From Chloroflexota bacterium (GTDB lineage: Bacteria; Chloroflexota; UBA6077; JAJPHF01): 32,000 nt of DNA. The stretch spans positions 1 through 32,000 of the forward strand of contig JADGHJ010000003.1 in the NCBI GenBank assembly GCA_019686175.1. The letters run 5' to 3'. Position 1 is the stretch's first letter. Every line of letters starts with the position of its first letter. The notes beneath the pieces were generated by a model. That model worked only from the letters and a program-made list of their open reading frames with translations. It was not told the origin of the DNA and did not search any database. This document shows, one piece after another, positions 9,106 to 19,893 of this stretch. The position numbers and the translations under genes were made by a program.

Positions 9106-9414
9106 ATGCAGGGCGGCCAGCAGGCCAAGATGCTGCGCGAGATGCAGAACCGCCTGATGAAGATCCAGCAGGAGCTGGGCGAGGCGACCGTCGAAGCAAC
9201 CGCTGGTGGCGGCGCCGTGCGTGTGGTAATGACCGGCCAGCAGCGGTGTACGGCCGTGGAGATCGCCCCGGAGGCGGTGGACCCCGAGGATGTGGAACTG
9301 CTGCAAGAGATGCTGGTCGCGGCATTCAACGAGGCGCTGACCAAGTCACAGGAGCTGGCGGCACAGCGGCTCGGCGCGCTCACGGGCGGGATGAAGATCC
9401 CGGGGCTGTTCTAG
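9106..9414 (+). CDS. Nucleoid-associated protein YbaB/EbfC
   Basis: 102 aa, reading MLREMQNRLMKIQQELGEATVEATAGGGAVRVVMTGQQRCTAVEIAPEAVDPEDVELLQEMLVAAFNEAL. It sits in the conserved dnaX-ybaB-recR position. Confidence 0.9.
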   Translation: MQGGQQAKMLREMQNRLMKIQQELGEATVEATAGGGAVRVVMTGQQRCTAVEIAPEAVDPEDVELLQEMLVAAFNEALTKSQELAAQRLGALTGGMKIPGLF

Positions 9415-9441
9415 GAACTGGCCAGAGGCGATGGGACGGCG

Positions 9442-10044
9442 ATGCACGTGACGGTGGAGCCGGTGGCCCGGCTCATTGAGGAGTTCGCGAAGCTACCCGG
9501 GATCGGGCCGAAGACGGCACAGCGGCTCACCTTCTATTTGCTGCGCATGCCGCCCGAGACGGCGCGCGCACTGGGCGAGGCGATCCTGGCGATGCGCGAG
9601 GCGGTGACGTTCTGCGCCGAGTGCTGGAACATCACCGACACGAGCCCGTGCGCGATCTGCCGCGGGGAGAACCGTGACCGTAGCGTGATCTGCGTGGTGG
9701 AGGAGCCGCTGGATATCCTGGCGCTGGAGCGCACGCGGGGCTATAAAGGCCTCTACCACGTGCTGCACGGGGCGATCCGGCCGCTCGACGACATCATGCC
9801 CGAGGACCTGAAGATCGCGGAGTTGATCCGGCGCATCGAGCGGGGCGGCGTGCGGGAAGTGATCCTGGCGACGAACCCGAACGTGGAGGGCGACGCGACC
9901 GCGGCCTACCTGCGCAAGCTGCTGGGGCCGCTGGGTGTGCGCGTGACGCGCATCGCGCGGGGGCTGCCAGTGGGGGGCGACCTGGAGTACGCCGACGAGG
10001 TGACTCTGGCGCAGGCCCTGGAGGGGCGGCGCGCGATGGAGTAG
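9442..10044 (+). CDS. recR: Recombination protein RecR
   Basis: [12 protein letters not shown] helix-hairpin-helix, C4 zinc finger [16 protein letters not shown], and a Toprim domain ([15 protein letters not shown]). Confidence 0.95.
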   Translation: MHVTVEPVARLIEEFAKLPGIGPKTAQRLTFYLLRMPPETARALGEAILAMREAVTFCAECWNITDTSPCAICRGENRDRSVICVVEEPLDILALERTRGYKGLYHVLHGAIRPLDDIMPEDLKIAELIRRIERGGVREVILATNPNVEGDATAAYLRKLLGPLGVRVTRIARGLPVGGDLEYADEVTLAQALEGRRAME

Positions 10045-10056
10045 GCTCGATGGCCG

Positions 10057-10086
10057 TTGCCGCCCCGCGGCAGCAGGGCGTATAAT
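10057..10086 (+). promoter_or_regulatory. Candidate sigma-70 promoter for rpsA (TTGCCG-18 nt-TATAAT)
   Basis: -35-like TTGCCG at 10057-10062 and a perfect TATAAT at 10081-10086, about 36 nt upstream of the rpsA ATG. Confidence 0.55.
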
Positions 10087-10121
10087 CTCCACACTATTGG
10101 CTCCTGTATGGGGGGCACTGA

Positions 10122-11477
10122 ATGATCGACGGTCAGTTCGACGATGAGACGCGCGACCCCACGCAGGAGGCCGAGCAGGGCTTGGAGAGCTGGCTGGACA
10201 GCCACGCCACCAGCTATGCCAACCTGCGCCGCGGTGACGTCGTCGACGGCGTCGTGGTCCATGTCGATCGCGACGAGGTGCTGGTCGACATCGGCGCCAA
10301 GTCCGAGGCGATCGTGCCGGCCCGCGAGGTGGGCGCACCAGGCGACGACCCCACGCGCCTGCTGAAAGTGGGCGACCAGGTGGTCGCGTATGTCCTCCAG
10401 CCCGAGGATCCCGAGGGCCACGTCATCCTCTCGCTCACGAAGGCGCAGGCCGAGCGCGGCTGGCGGGTGCTCCAGAAGATCTTCGAGGACGGCGAGACGA
10501 TCGAGGCCGAGGTGATCGATCACAACAAGGGCGGCCTGATCGTCAACGTCCATGGCGTCCGTGGCTTCGTGCCTCTGTCGCAGATCGTGGACCTCAAGCG
10601 CACCGGCGCGCCGGACGAGTCGATCGAGAGCCGGCTGGCGGGCATGCACGGCCGCCGGCTGCTGCTCAAGGTGATCGAGATGAACCGCCGGCGCAACCGG
10701 CTGATCCTGTCCGAGCGGGCCGCGGTGCAAGAGCGCCGGCAGCGCGAGAAAGACCGCCTGCTGGTCGAGTTGCAAGAAGGCGACATCCGGACGGGGCGAG
10801 TGACCAGCCTGTGCGACTTCGGCGCCTTCGTGGACCTTGGCGGGGCCGACGGCCTCATCCATCTGAGCGAGCTGAGCTGGGGGCAGGTGACGCACCCCAG
10901 CCAAGTGTTGAAGGTGGGCGACGAGGTCGAGGTCTACGTCGTGGGCGTCGACCGCGAGAAGAAGAAGATTGCCCTGAGCCTGAAGCGGCTGCAAGCCGAG
11001 CCGTGGACGCGCGTGGCGGAGCGGTACCACATCGGCCAGGTGGTCAAGGGGCGGATCACCAAGCTGGCGCCGTTCGGCGCGTTCGCGGAGATCGACGAGG
11101 GCGTCGAGGGGCTCATCCACATCTCGGAGCTATCCGACGAGCGGATCACACATCCGCGCAGCGTGATCAAAGAGGGCGATGAAGTCCTGCTGCGCATCAT
11201 CCGGATCGATGCGCAGCGACACCGGCTGGGGCTGAGCCTGCGCCAGGCCCAGGAGGAGGGGCAGGAGAGCTTCCCAGCGGTGTACAGCACGCAGGGGCCG
11301 TCGGGCACCACGCTCGGCGACGTCGCCGGGCTGCGGTCCTTGCCCGAAACGAGCGAGACGACGGAGGCGGGGGCGATGGAAGGTGCGGAGCGGCCGCCAA
11401 TGGCCGGCGCGGGCGCGCCCGCGCCGGCGGAAGACGCGGGGCCCAATCCCTCCCACCGCGCCTCAGTGCAGGCCTAA
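10122..11477 (+). CDS. rpsA: 30S ribosomal protein S1 (four S1 domains, low-complexity C-terminal tail)
   Basis: Repeated S1 motifs (GDVVDGVVVHVDRDEVLVDIG; IEAEVIDHNKGGLIVNVHGVRGFVP; RTGRVTSLCDFGAFVDLGGADGLIHLSE; VKGRITKLAPFGAFAEIDEGVEGLIHISE). Confidence 0.9.
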   Translation: MIDGQFDDETRDPTQEAEQGLESWLDSHATSYANLRRGDVVDGVVVHVDRDEVLVDIGAKSEAIVPAREVGAPGDDPTRLLKVGDQVVAYVLQPEDPEGHVILSLTKAQAERGWRVLQKIFEDGETIEAEVIDHNKGGLIVNVHGVRGFVPLSQIVDLKRTGAPDESIESRLAGMHGRRLLLKVIEMNRRRNRLILSERAAVQERRQREKDRLLVELQEGDIRTGRVTSLCDFGAFVDLGGADGLIHLSELSWGQVTHPSQVLKVGDEVEVYVVGVDREKKKIALSLKRLQAEPWTRVAERYHIGQVVKGRITKLAPFGAFAEIDEGVEGLIHISELSDERITHPRSVIKEGDEVLLRIIRIDAQRHRLGLSLRQAQEEGQESFPAVYSTQGPSGTTLGDVAGLRSLPETSETTEAGAMEGAERPPMAGAGAPAPAEDAGPNPSHRASVQA

Positions 11478-11528
11478 GCGGCCTGCTGTTCGCCCCCTTA
11501 GCCGTCGTGCGGAAAACCGCCGGCGGCT

Positions 11529-11547
11529 CGGTATAATGTGCATACCG
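11529..11547 (+). promoter_or_regulatory. Candidate clpC promoter -10 (TATAAT 11532-11537) embedded in a 6+6 bp inverted repeat
   Basis: CGGTAT-aatgtgc-ATACCG overlaps a perfect TATAAT about 40 nt upstream of the clpC ATG. Confidence 0.45.
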
Positions 11548-11576
11548 GTTCGTGAGCCGAAACTGCGGAGAGTCCC

Positions 11577-14048
<2,472 letters not shown>

Positions 14049-14073
14049 CCGACGCAGGACTGCACCTGTGTGC

Positions 14074-14109
14074 GAGGGGCTCCGGATGCGCCGGAGCCCC
14101 TCGTTTCTC
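14074..14109 (+). terminator. Rho-independent terminator after clpC
   Basis: Perfect 12-bp stem GAGGGGCTCCGG / CCGGAGCCCCTC with loop ATGCG, followed by GTTTCTC. It lies 26 nt after the clpC stop. Confidence 0.8.
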
Positions 14110-14171
14110 ATCGCTCCGCCCGCCCGCCGCTTCCCGCGGCGCGGTCGCGGTGACTAGAACGGACGACGACC

Positions 14172-15581
14172 GTGCCCACCAAGTCCCGCATCGTCTACAT
14201 CTGCCAGCAGTGCGGCGCGCGGGCGCCCAAGTGGCAGGGCCGCTGCCCCGACTGCGGCGAGTGGAACACCTACGTCGAGACGCAAGAGTCGCCCGCCGCT
14301 CGGCGCCTCGGTCCCGTGCTGGACGGAGTCGAGCCGCGCCGGGTCCGTGAGATACCCGTCAGCGACCTGCGGCGCCTCGCCGTGCCGCTGCCCGAGGTGA
14401 GCCGCGTGCTGGGCGGCGGCATCGTGCCCGGCTCGTTGGTGCTGGTCGGCGGCGATCCAGGAGTCGGCAAGAGCACGCTGCTCATGCAGCTGTCGGAGGC
14501 GCTCGCGGCCAGCGGCCAGCGGGTCCTGTACGTCTCGGGCGAGGAGTCGCTCGGCCAGATCGGCCTGCGAGCGCGGCGCCTGGGCCATCAGGCCGAGCAG
14601 CTCTACTACCTGTGCGAGACGGACCTGGCACGCATCGCCGACGCGGCTACGCGCCTGGAAGCGGCTCTGTTGGTCGTGGACTCCATCCAGAGCGTGTACG
14701 ACCCCGAACTGCCGTCGGCGCCGGGCAGTGTCGGCCAGCTCCGCGAGTGCACGCTCAAGCTGATGCGGCTGGCCAAGACGACGGGCATCGCCGTCCTCCT
14801 CATCGGCCATGTGACCAAGGAAGGCGTCATCGCCGGCCCGAAGGTGCTGGAGCATATGGTCGACTGCGTGCTGTACCTCGAGGGGGAGCGCCTCCAGGCC
14901 TACCGGCTCCTGCGCGGGGTGAAGAACCGCTTCGGCTCGACCCACGAGGTGGGCGTGTTCGAGATGCGCGGCGAGGGGCTCGTCGAGATCAGCAACCCCT
15001 CGCAAGCGTTCCTGGCCGAGCGCGTGGAGGGCGCGAGCGGCTCGGCGGTGGCGGTTACGCTGGAGGGCACGCGACCGATGCTGCTGGAGGTGCAGGCGCT
15101 GGTCTCACGCAGTGCGCTGGCCGTGCCCCGCCGCACCAGCAACGGCATCGACGCCAACCGCCTGCTGCTGGTGGCCGCGGTGCTGGCCAAGCGGCTCAAT
15201 GTGGCCCTGTACGATCAGGACATCTACCTCAACGTCGTCGGCGGCCTGCGCGTCGAGGAGCCGGCGGCCGATTTGGCCACCGCGCTCGCCATCCTGTCCA
15301 GCTACCAGGACGTGCCGCTGGACCCGCAGCTGGTAGCAATCGGCGAGGTGGGCCTGTCTGGGGAGATTCGGGGCGTGGCCCAGCTCGAGCGGCGGCTGCG
15401 CGAGGCGGCACAGCTCGGCTTCACGCGGGCCCTCGTGCCGCGCACGGCCGGCAGCGCCCCGCCGCACGATTTGGGGATCGAGGTGCTCACCGCGCGCACG
15501 CTGCAGGAGGCCGCGCTGGTGCTGGGCGCGCGGCCAGATTCCAGCGCCCGACGGCGGGCGGCGCACGCCGCGGAGACGTGA
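14172..15581 (+). CDS. radA: DNA repair protein RadA/Sms
   Basis: N-terminal Zn finger CQQCGARAPKWQGRCPDCGEWN, Walker A GDPGVGKST, KNRFG motif, and a Lon-like C-terminal domain. GTG start. Confidence 0.95.
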   Translation: MPTKSRIVYICQQCGARAPKWQGRCPDCGEWNTYVETQESPAARRLGPVLDGVEPRRVREIPVSDLRRLAVPLPEVSRVLGGGIVPGSLVLVGGDPGVGKSTLLMQLSEALAASGQRVLYVSGEESLGQIGLRARRLGHQAEQLYYLCETDLARIADAATRLEAALLVVDSIQSVYDPELPSAPGSVGQLRECTLKLMRLAKTTGIAVLLIGHVTKEGVIAGPKVLEHMVDCVLYLEGERLQAYRLLRGVKNRFGSTHEVGVFEMRGEGLVEISNPSQAFLAERVEGASGSAVAVTLEGTRPMLLEVQALVSRSALAVPRRTSNGIDANRLLLVAAVLAKRLNVALYDQDIYLNVVGGLRVEEPAADLATALAILSSYQDVPLDPQLVAIGEVGLSGEIRGVAQLERRLREAAQLGFTRALVPRTAGSAPPHDLGIEVLTARTLQEAALVLGARPDSSARRRAAHAAET

Positions 15582-15592
15582 GCCGGGGCGGG

Positions 15593-16714
15593 CTAGCGAT
15601 AGGGTCCCAGTTGCTGGGTCGCCCAATCGGCGAAGCTCATATCCACCACCTGGCGGTAATCGACCGCCTGCTGCTGCTTGCCCACGCGGAGGTAATACTC
15701 CTGGTCCATCTCCAGCGATTCGAGGTTCACGCGGCCATCGGGCGCGATGCCGGGCATCGCCATGATGTCGTACACCGCGGGGTCCTTGACCGGCGTGTTG
15801 CGGACTAGGATGTCGACCACTTCGCGGCGTTTCGCCGGGTCGTTCTTGGCGAAGGCGTCGTTGTAGTCGCGCGCGGCTTTCAGGTAGGCGAGCATGAAGC
15901 GGCGCCCGACCTCCGGGCGTTGCTCCGCGAACTCGCGGCCGTAGAACACCACCGCGATCTGCTGGTTGGGATAGAACTCGTCCACACGGCGGAACAGATG
16001 CGCGATGCCCTGCTCGACCGAGAAGGCCACGAACGGCTCGATGGGGAACGCGAGGTCCACGCTCCCGTTGGCCAAGGCGCCCGGCTGGTCGCCGAACGGC
16101 AGCGGCACCAGCTCGATGTCGGCAATGGTCATCCCGGCCTCCCGCAGCAAGCGGTCCATGGCCGACTCCAACGTGTTGCCGGCGATGCTGTTGATGCCCA
16201 GGCGCTTGCCGCGCATGTCGGCCACCGTGCGGAGCGCCCCACTGTCCCACAGTTCCTTGCGGATCAGGACGCCCGCGTAGCCGAAGCCGGGCGGCGCACT
16301 CCCCTTGTCGGCGACGATCTTGAGTGGGATGCCACGTGCAATGGCGTTGCCCAGCCCGGCGGAGGGGGCGCCGCCGCCGACGTCGAGCTGGTTGTTCCCC
16401 AGCGGCGCCACGATCTCGGTGGCCGAGGCGAACGGCGTGACCTCGACGCTCAGCCCTTGCTCGCGGAAATAGCCCTTCTCGTCGGCGATGAAGAAGGCGG
16501 CATCAGAGGCACCGACCGTACTGCCCAGGCGGACCGTCTCCGGCGCGGGCGCCGCCGCGGTCGCGCTCGTGACCACACGCGTCTGAGCCGCCTGCGTGGG
16601 CGCGGCTGGAGTCTCGGCACGGGTGGGCGCGGCGGGTGGCTGCCCGGCCCGGCAGGCCGTCGTCCAGATAGTCACCACGACACCAAGGGTAGCTACCCAT
16701 CGTGGGCCGACCAT
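15593..16714 (-). CDS. ABC transporter substrate-binding protein, NMT1/SsuA/TauA-like (orphan)
   Basis: Signal or lipoprotein-like N-terminus (MVGPRWVATLGVVVTIWTTAC). The body resembles the nitrate/sulfonate/bicarbonate SBP family. Start set to ATG 16714, with GAGGAGG 6 nt upstream. No permease or ATPase gene is adjacent. Confidence 0.8.
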   Translation of the reverse strand: MVGPRWVATLGVVVTIWTTACRAGQPPAAPTRAETPAAPTQAAQTRVVTSATAAAPAPETVRLGSTVGASDAAFFIADEKGYFREQGLSVEVTPFASATEIVAPLGNNQLDVGGGAPSAGLGNAIARGIPLKIVADKGSAPPGFGYAGVLIRKELWDSGALRTVADMRGKRLGINSIAGNTLESAMDRLLREAGMTIADIELVPLPFGDQPGALANGSVDLAFPIEPFVAFSVEQGIAHLFRRVDEFYPNQQIAVVFYGREFAEQRPEVGRRFMLAYLKAARDYNDAFAKNDPAKRREVVDILVRNTPVKDPAVYDIMAMPGIAPDGRVNLESLEMDQEYYLRVGKQQQAVDYRQVVDMSFADWATQQLGPYR

Positions 16715-16886
16715 TGCAGTCCTCCTCGACACGACCGCGGGCCGCTGGTGATGGCTGGACTCTACTGAGGTATCCGTCCGGCGTCAACGCTTCTGGCCGC
16801 GGCGATTGCTCGGCTGGGGTGGCGGTGCTAGCATGTCGGCGAGCAGAGCGTAACGGTCTCCCAATGGGCGGCGCGAGGCAAGAGCC

Positions 16887-17969
16887 GTGAGCGTGGAACT
16901 CGTCCTTCGCTTCATCGGCGGCATCCTCGCGGGCGCCACCGCCTCCCAGATGGCGGCCGGCCTGGTAGAGCCGACAGAGCCGCCACTGCGTGCCGCGCTC
17001 CTGCTGTTCGGCGTGGCCGCGGCCTGCTTCGCCGTGGGCTTCGCCCTCACGCCGTACGTCACGACGGTTCCATTCTTCTGGTTCCGCGAGCGCATCCTAC
17101 AGGCCAGCGGGAGCGACTATCTAGTGGGCGGGCTCGGCCTCATCATCGGGCTGGTGTGCGGCGTGCTGCTCCAGCCACCGCTGTCGCTGCTGCCGGGCGG
17201 GCTCGGCACCTGGCTGCCGATCACGGCCTCGCTGGCGCTCGCCTACCTGGGTATGACCACCATGATCCACCACAAGCGCGCGGTGCTCGCTCTGTTCGGG
17301 GCCGCCCGCGACCGCGCCCAGGCCCAGCTCGGGCCGGCCAGCGAGCGCGTGCTGGTGGATACCAGCGCCATCATCGACGGACGCATCGCCGAAGTTGCGC
17401 AGACCGGCTTCCTGTTCTGCACACTCGTGGTGCCGCGCTGCGTGCTGGCCGAGCTACAGCAGGTGGCGGACTCCACCGACCCGGGCAAGCGGGCCCGGGG
17501 ACGCCGGGGGCTCGACGTGCTCGAGCAGCTACAGAAGCAGTCCCTGGCGCCGGTCGAGATCCTCGATAGCGACCTCGACGGAGCGCCGGACGTCGATGCC
17601 AAGCTGGTGCGCCTGGCGCGCGAGCACGAGTGGGCGCTGCTCACCAACGACTACAACTTGAACCGCGTGGCCGGCCTGCAGGGGATCCGTGTACTGAATA
17701 TCAACGAGCTAGCCAACGCGCTCAAGCCGCTCTGCGTGCCGGGCGACGTCATCCAGGTGCGGCTGGTCCACGAGGGGCGGGATGCTGGCCAGGGCGTTGG
17801 CTACCTAGTCGACGGCACGATGGTGGTAGTGGAGAACGGCAGCCGCCAGGTCGGGGAGGAAGTGCCGGTGGTAGTCACCCGCGCGATCCAGACCGCGGCG
17901 GGCCGCATCATCTTCGGCCGGCTGCGCGAGCGCCCGGCGGCGGTCGGCCGGCCGCTCGCCGAGGAATAG
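16887..17969 (+). CDS. PIN/TRAM domain-containing membrane protein (YacL-like)
   Basis: About 4 N-terminal TM helices, a PIN domain (VLVDTSAIIDGRI...LLTNDYNLNRVA), and a TRAM-like C-terminus (GDVIQVRLVHEGRDAGQGVGYLVDGTMVVVENG). It sits in the conserved position between radA and ispD. Confidence 0.85.
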   Translation: MSVELVLRFIGGILAGATASQMAAGLVEPTEPPLRAALLLFGVAAACFAVGFALTPYVTTVPFFWFRERILQASGSDYLVGGLGLIIGLVCGVLLQPPLSLLPGGLGTWLPITASLALAYLGMTTMIHHKRAVLALFGAARDRAQAQLGPASERVLVDTSAIIDGRIAEVAQTGFLFCTLVVPRCVLAELQQVADSTDPGKRARGRRGLDVLEQLQKQSLAPVEILDSDLDGAPDVDAKLVRLAREHEWALLTNDYNLNRVAGLQGIRVLNINELANALKPLCVPGDVIQVRLVHEGRDAGQGVGYLVDGTMVVVENGSRQVGEEVPVVVTRAIQTAAGRIIFGRLRERPAAVGRPLAEE

Positions 17970-17976
17970 CCGCGCG

Positions 17977-18711
17977 ATGGCGCTCTCCCCCGCGCCACAG
18001 AGCGCTGCATTGCCCCCACCGATGTTCACCACCTGGGCCCGCGTGGGGCTCATCATCGTGGCGGCGGGGCGGGGCGAGCGCCTGGGCCAGGACAAGGCCT
18101 GGCTACCCTTGGGCGACCGCCCGGTCGTCGCCCACAGCCTGGCGGCGCTAGCCGTGGCGCCGGTCGAGCGTGCCGTGCTGGTGGTAGCGGCGGGCCGACT
18201 GGACGTGGGCCGCGCTCTGGCCGCCCGGGCGGCGGTGCCCACCGTGGCCGTGGTGGGCGGGGCGCGGCGCCAGGACTCGGTGCGTCACGGCCTGGCCGCG
18301 CTCGGCCCGTGCGAGTGGGTCGTGGTCCACGACGCCGCGCGGCCGTTTGCCGATCACGCGCTGCTAGTACGGGCGCTAGAGGCCGCTCGGGCCACCGGCG
18401 CCGCGGTAACCGCCGTGCCGGTCAAGGACACGATCAAGCGCGTGCGCGGCGGCCGGGTGGTAGAGACGCTGCCACGCGCCGAGCTGTGGGCCGTGCAGAC
18501 GCCGCAGGTGTTCCGCGGTGAGCTGCTGGCGCGCGCACACCGCGAGGTTGCCGTCGAGGCGACCGACGACGCCGCCCTCGTGGAGCAGCTAGGTGTACCC
18601 GTCGCGGTCGCCGAAGGCGCCTATGCTAACATCAAGTTGACTACGCCTGACGATCTCGTGCTGGCCAGGCTACTGTGGCAACAGCGCGCGGGAGCCGTTG
18701 AGGGTGGCTGA
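17977..18711 (+). CDS. ispD: 2-C-methyl-D-erythritol 4-phosphate cytidylyltransferase
   Basis: IIVAAGRGERLG, VHDAARPF, KDTIK and WAVQTPQVF motifs. Confidence 0.9.
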   Translation: MALSPAPQSAALPPPMFTTWARVGLIIVAAGRGERLGQDKAWLPLGDRPVVAHSLAALAVAPVERAVLVVAAGRLDVGRALAARAAVPTVAVVGGARRQDSVRHGLAALGPCEWVVVHDAARPFADHALLVRALEAARATGAAVTAVPVKDTIKRVRGGRVVETLPRAELWAVQTPQVFRGELLARAHREVAVEATDDAALVEQLGVPVAVAEGAYANIKLTTPDDLVLARLLWQQRAGAVEGG

Positions 18712-19186
18712 GCTGCGAACGGGGATCGGCTACGACCTCCACCCGTACGCGGCCGAACGCGTGCTGGTGCTCGGCGGGGTGACCGTCGCCTACCCGCGCG
18801 GCCTGGCGGGGCACTCCGACGGCGACGCGCTGAGCCACGCCGTGGCCGACGCGCTGCTCGGCGCGGCCGGCCTGGGGGACCTCGGTGAGTGGTTCCCCCC
18901 GGGCGATGCGCGCTACCGCGACGCGCACAGCCTCACGCTCCTCAGTGAGGTCGTGCGGGCGCTGCGCGAGCGGGGCTGGCGGGTGGTGAACTGCGATACG
19001 GTCGTGGTGGCGCAGGTGCCGCGCCTGGCGCCGTATCGCGCCGAGATGCGGGCCAACCTGGCGCGAGCGTTGGGCGTGGACGAGGAGCGCGTGAATGTCA
19101 AGGCCACGGCGCCGGAGCGCCTGGGCGCGCTGGGGCGCGCGGAGGGCGTTGCGGCGCTGGCCACGGTGCTGATCGAGCGGGAGTAG
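18698..19186 (+). CDS. ispF: 2-C-methyl-D-erythritol 2,4-cyclodiphosphate synthase
   Basis: [28 protein letters not shown] and [16 protein letters not shown] motifs. The start is uncertain (TTG 18698 or GTG 18704) and overlaps ispD. Confidence 0.92.
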   Translation: MRVAELRTGIGYDLHPYAAERVLVLGGVTVAYPRGLAGHSDGDALSHAVADALLGAAGLGDLGEWFPPGDARYRDAHSLTLLSEVVRALRERGWRVVNCDTVVVAQVPRLAPYRAEMRANLARALGVDEERVNVKATAPERLGALGRAEGVAALATVLIERE

Positions 19187-19188
19187 CG

Positions 19189-19893
19189 GTGGCGACCCCC
19201 TTCTGGAGTGCCCTACGCAGGGACCTGCGGGCCGTGTTCGAGCGCGACCCGGCGGCGCGCAACCTGGCCGAAGTCGTGCTAGCGTACCCCGGTTTCCATG
19301 CCATCGTCCTGCACCGCATCGCGCACGCGCTGCACCACCTGGGCGTGCCAGTGTTGCCGCGCTGGCTGTCGCACCTCAACCGCTTCCTGACCGGGATCGA
19401 GATCCACCCCGCGGCGGAGATCGGGCCGGGGTTCTTCATCGACCACGGGATGGGGGTGGTAATCGGCGAGACGACGCAGATCGGCGAGAACGTCACCCTC
19501 TACCAGGGCGTCACCCTGGGCGGCACCGGCAAGGAGGTGGGCAAGCGGCACCCCACGCTCGGCAACAACGTGGTGGTGAGCGTCGGGGCCAAGGTCCTGG
19601 GAGCGATCGAGATCGGCGACCATGTGAAGATCGGCGCCGGCTCGGTCGTGCTGCAGTCGGTGCCGCCGCACTCGACCGTGGTGGGCGTCCCAGGGCGTGT
19701 CGTCGCTACCCACGACCCCGTTACCCACGAGCGGCGGCGCGTGGAGGTGCTGCCCGACCCCGAGGCCGAGATGCTCCAGTACCTCCAGCAGAAAGTCATC
19801 GAGCTGGAAGCGCGCCTCGCCTGGCTGGAGCGGGCCACGGCCGAGACGGAGTCCGCCCCGGCTGACCAGACTACGGCGCGGGAGCGCGTTTGA
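19189..19893 (+). CDS. cysE: Serine O-acetyltransferase
   Basis: [27 protein letters not shown], then hexapeptide repeats ([44 protein letters not shown]). GTG start. Confidence 0.92.
   Translation: MATPFWSALRRDLRAVFERDPAARNLAEVVLAYPGFHAIVLHRIAHALHHLGVPVLPRWLSHLNRFLTGIEIHPAAEIGPGFFIDHGMGVVIGETTQIGENVTLYQGVTLGGTGKEVGKRHPTLGNNVVVSVGAKVLGAIEIGDHVKIGAGSVVLQSVPPHSTVVGVPGRVVATHDPVTHERRRVEVLPDPEAEMLQYLQQKVIELEARLAWLERATAETESAPADQTTARERV

Noticed and set aside
9906-11120. A 404-aa minus-strand ORF antisense to recR/rpsA
   Set aside because: It overlaps two well-supported plus-strand genes and their promoter. There are no motifs, and it is a high-GC artefact.
11478-11576. A CtsR operator or CIRCE element upstream of clpC
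   Set aside because: No GGTCAAA-type direct repeat and no TTAGCACTC-N9-GAGTGCTAA were found. Only a short 6-bp dyad is present, and it is reported separately at low interest.
14612-16250. Long alternative-frame ORFs (14612..15808 +, 15105..16250 -) over radA and the SBP gene
   Set aside because: They are in the wrong frame relative to radA and the SBP. The products are Arg/Gly/Ala-rich with no motifs.
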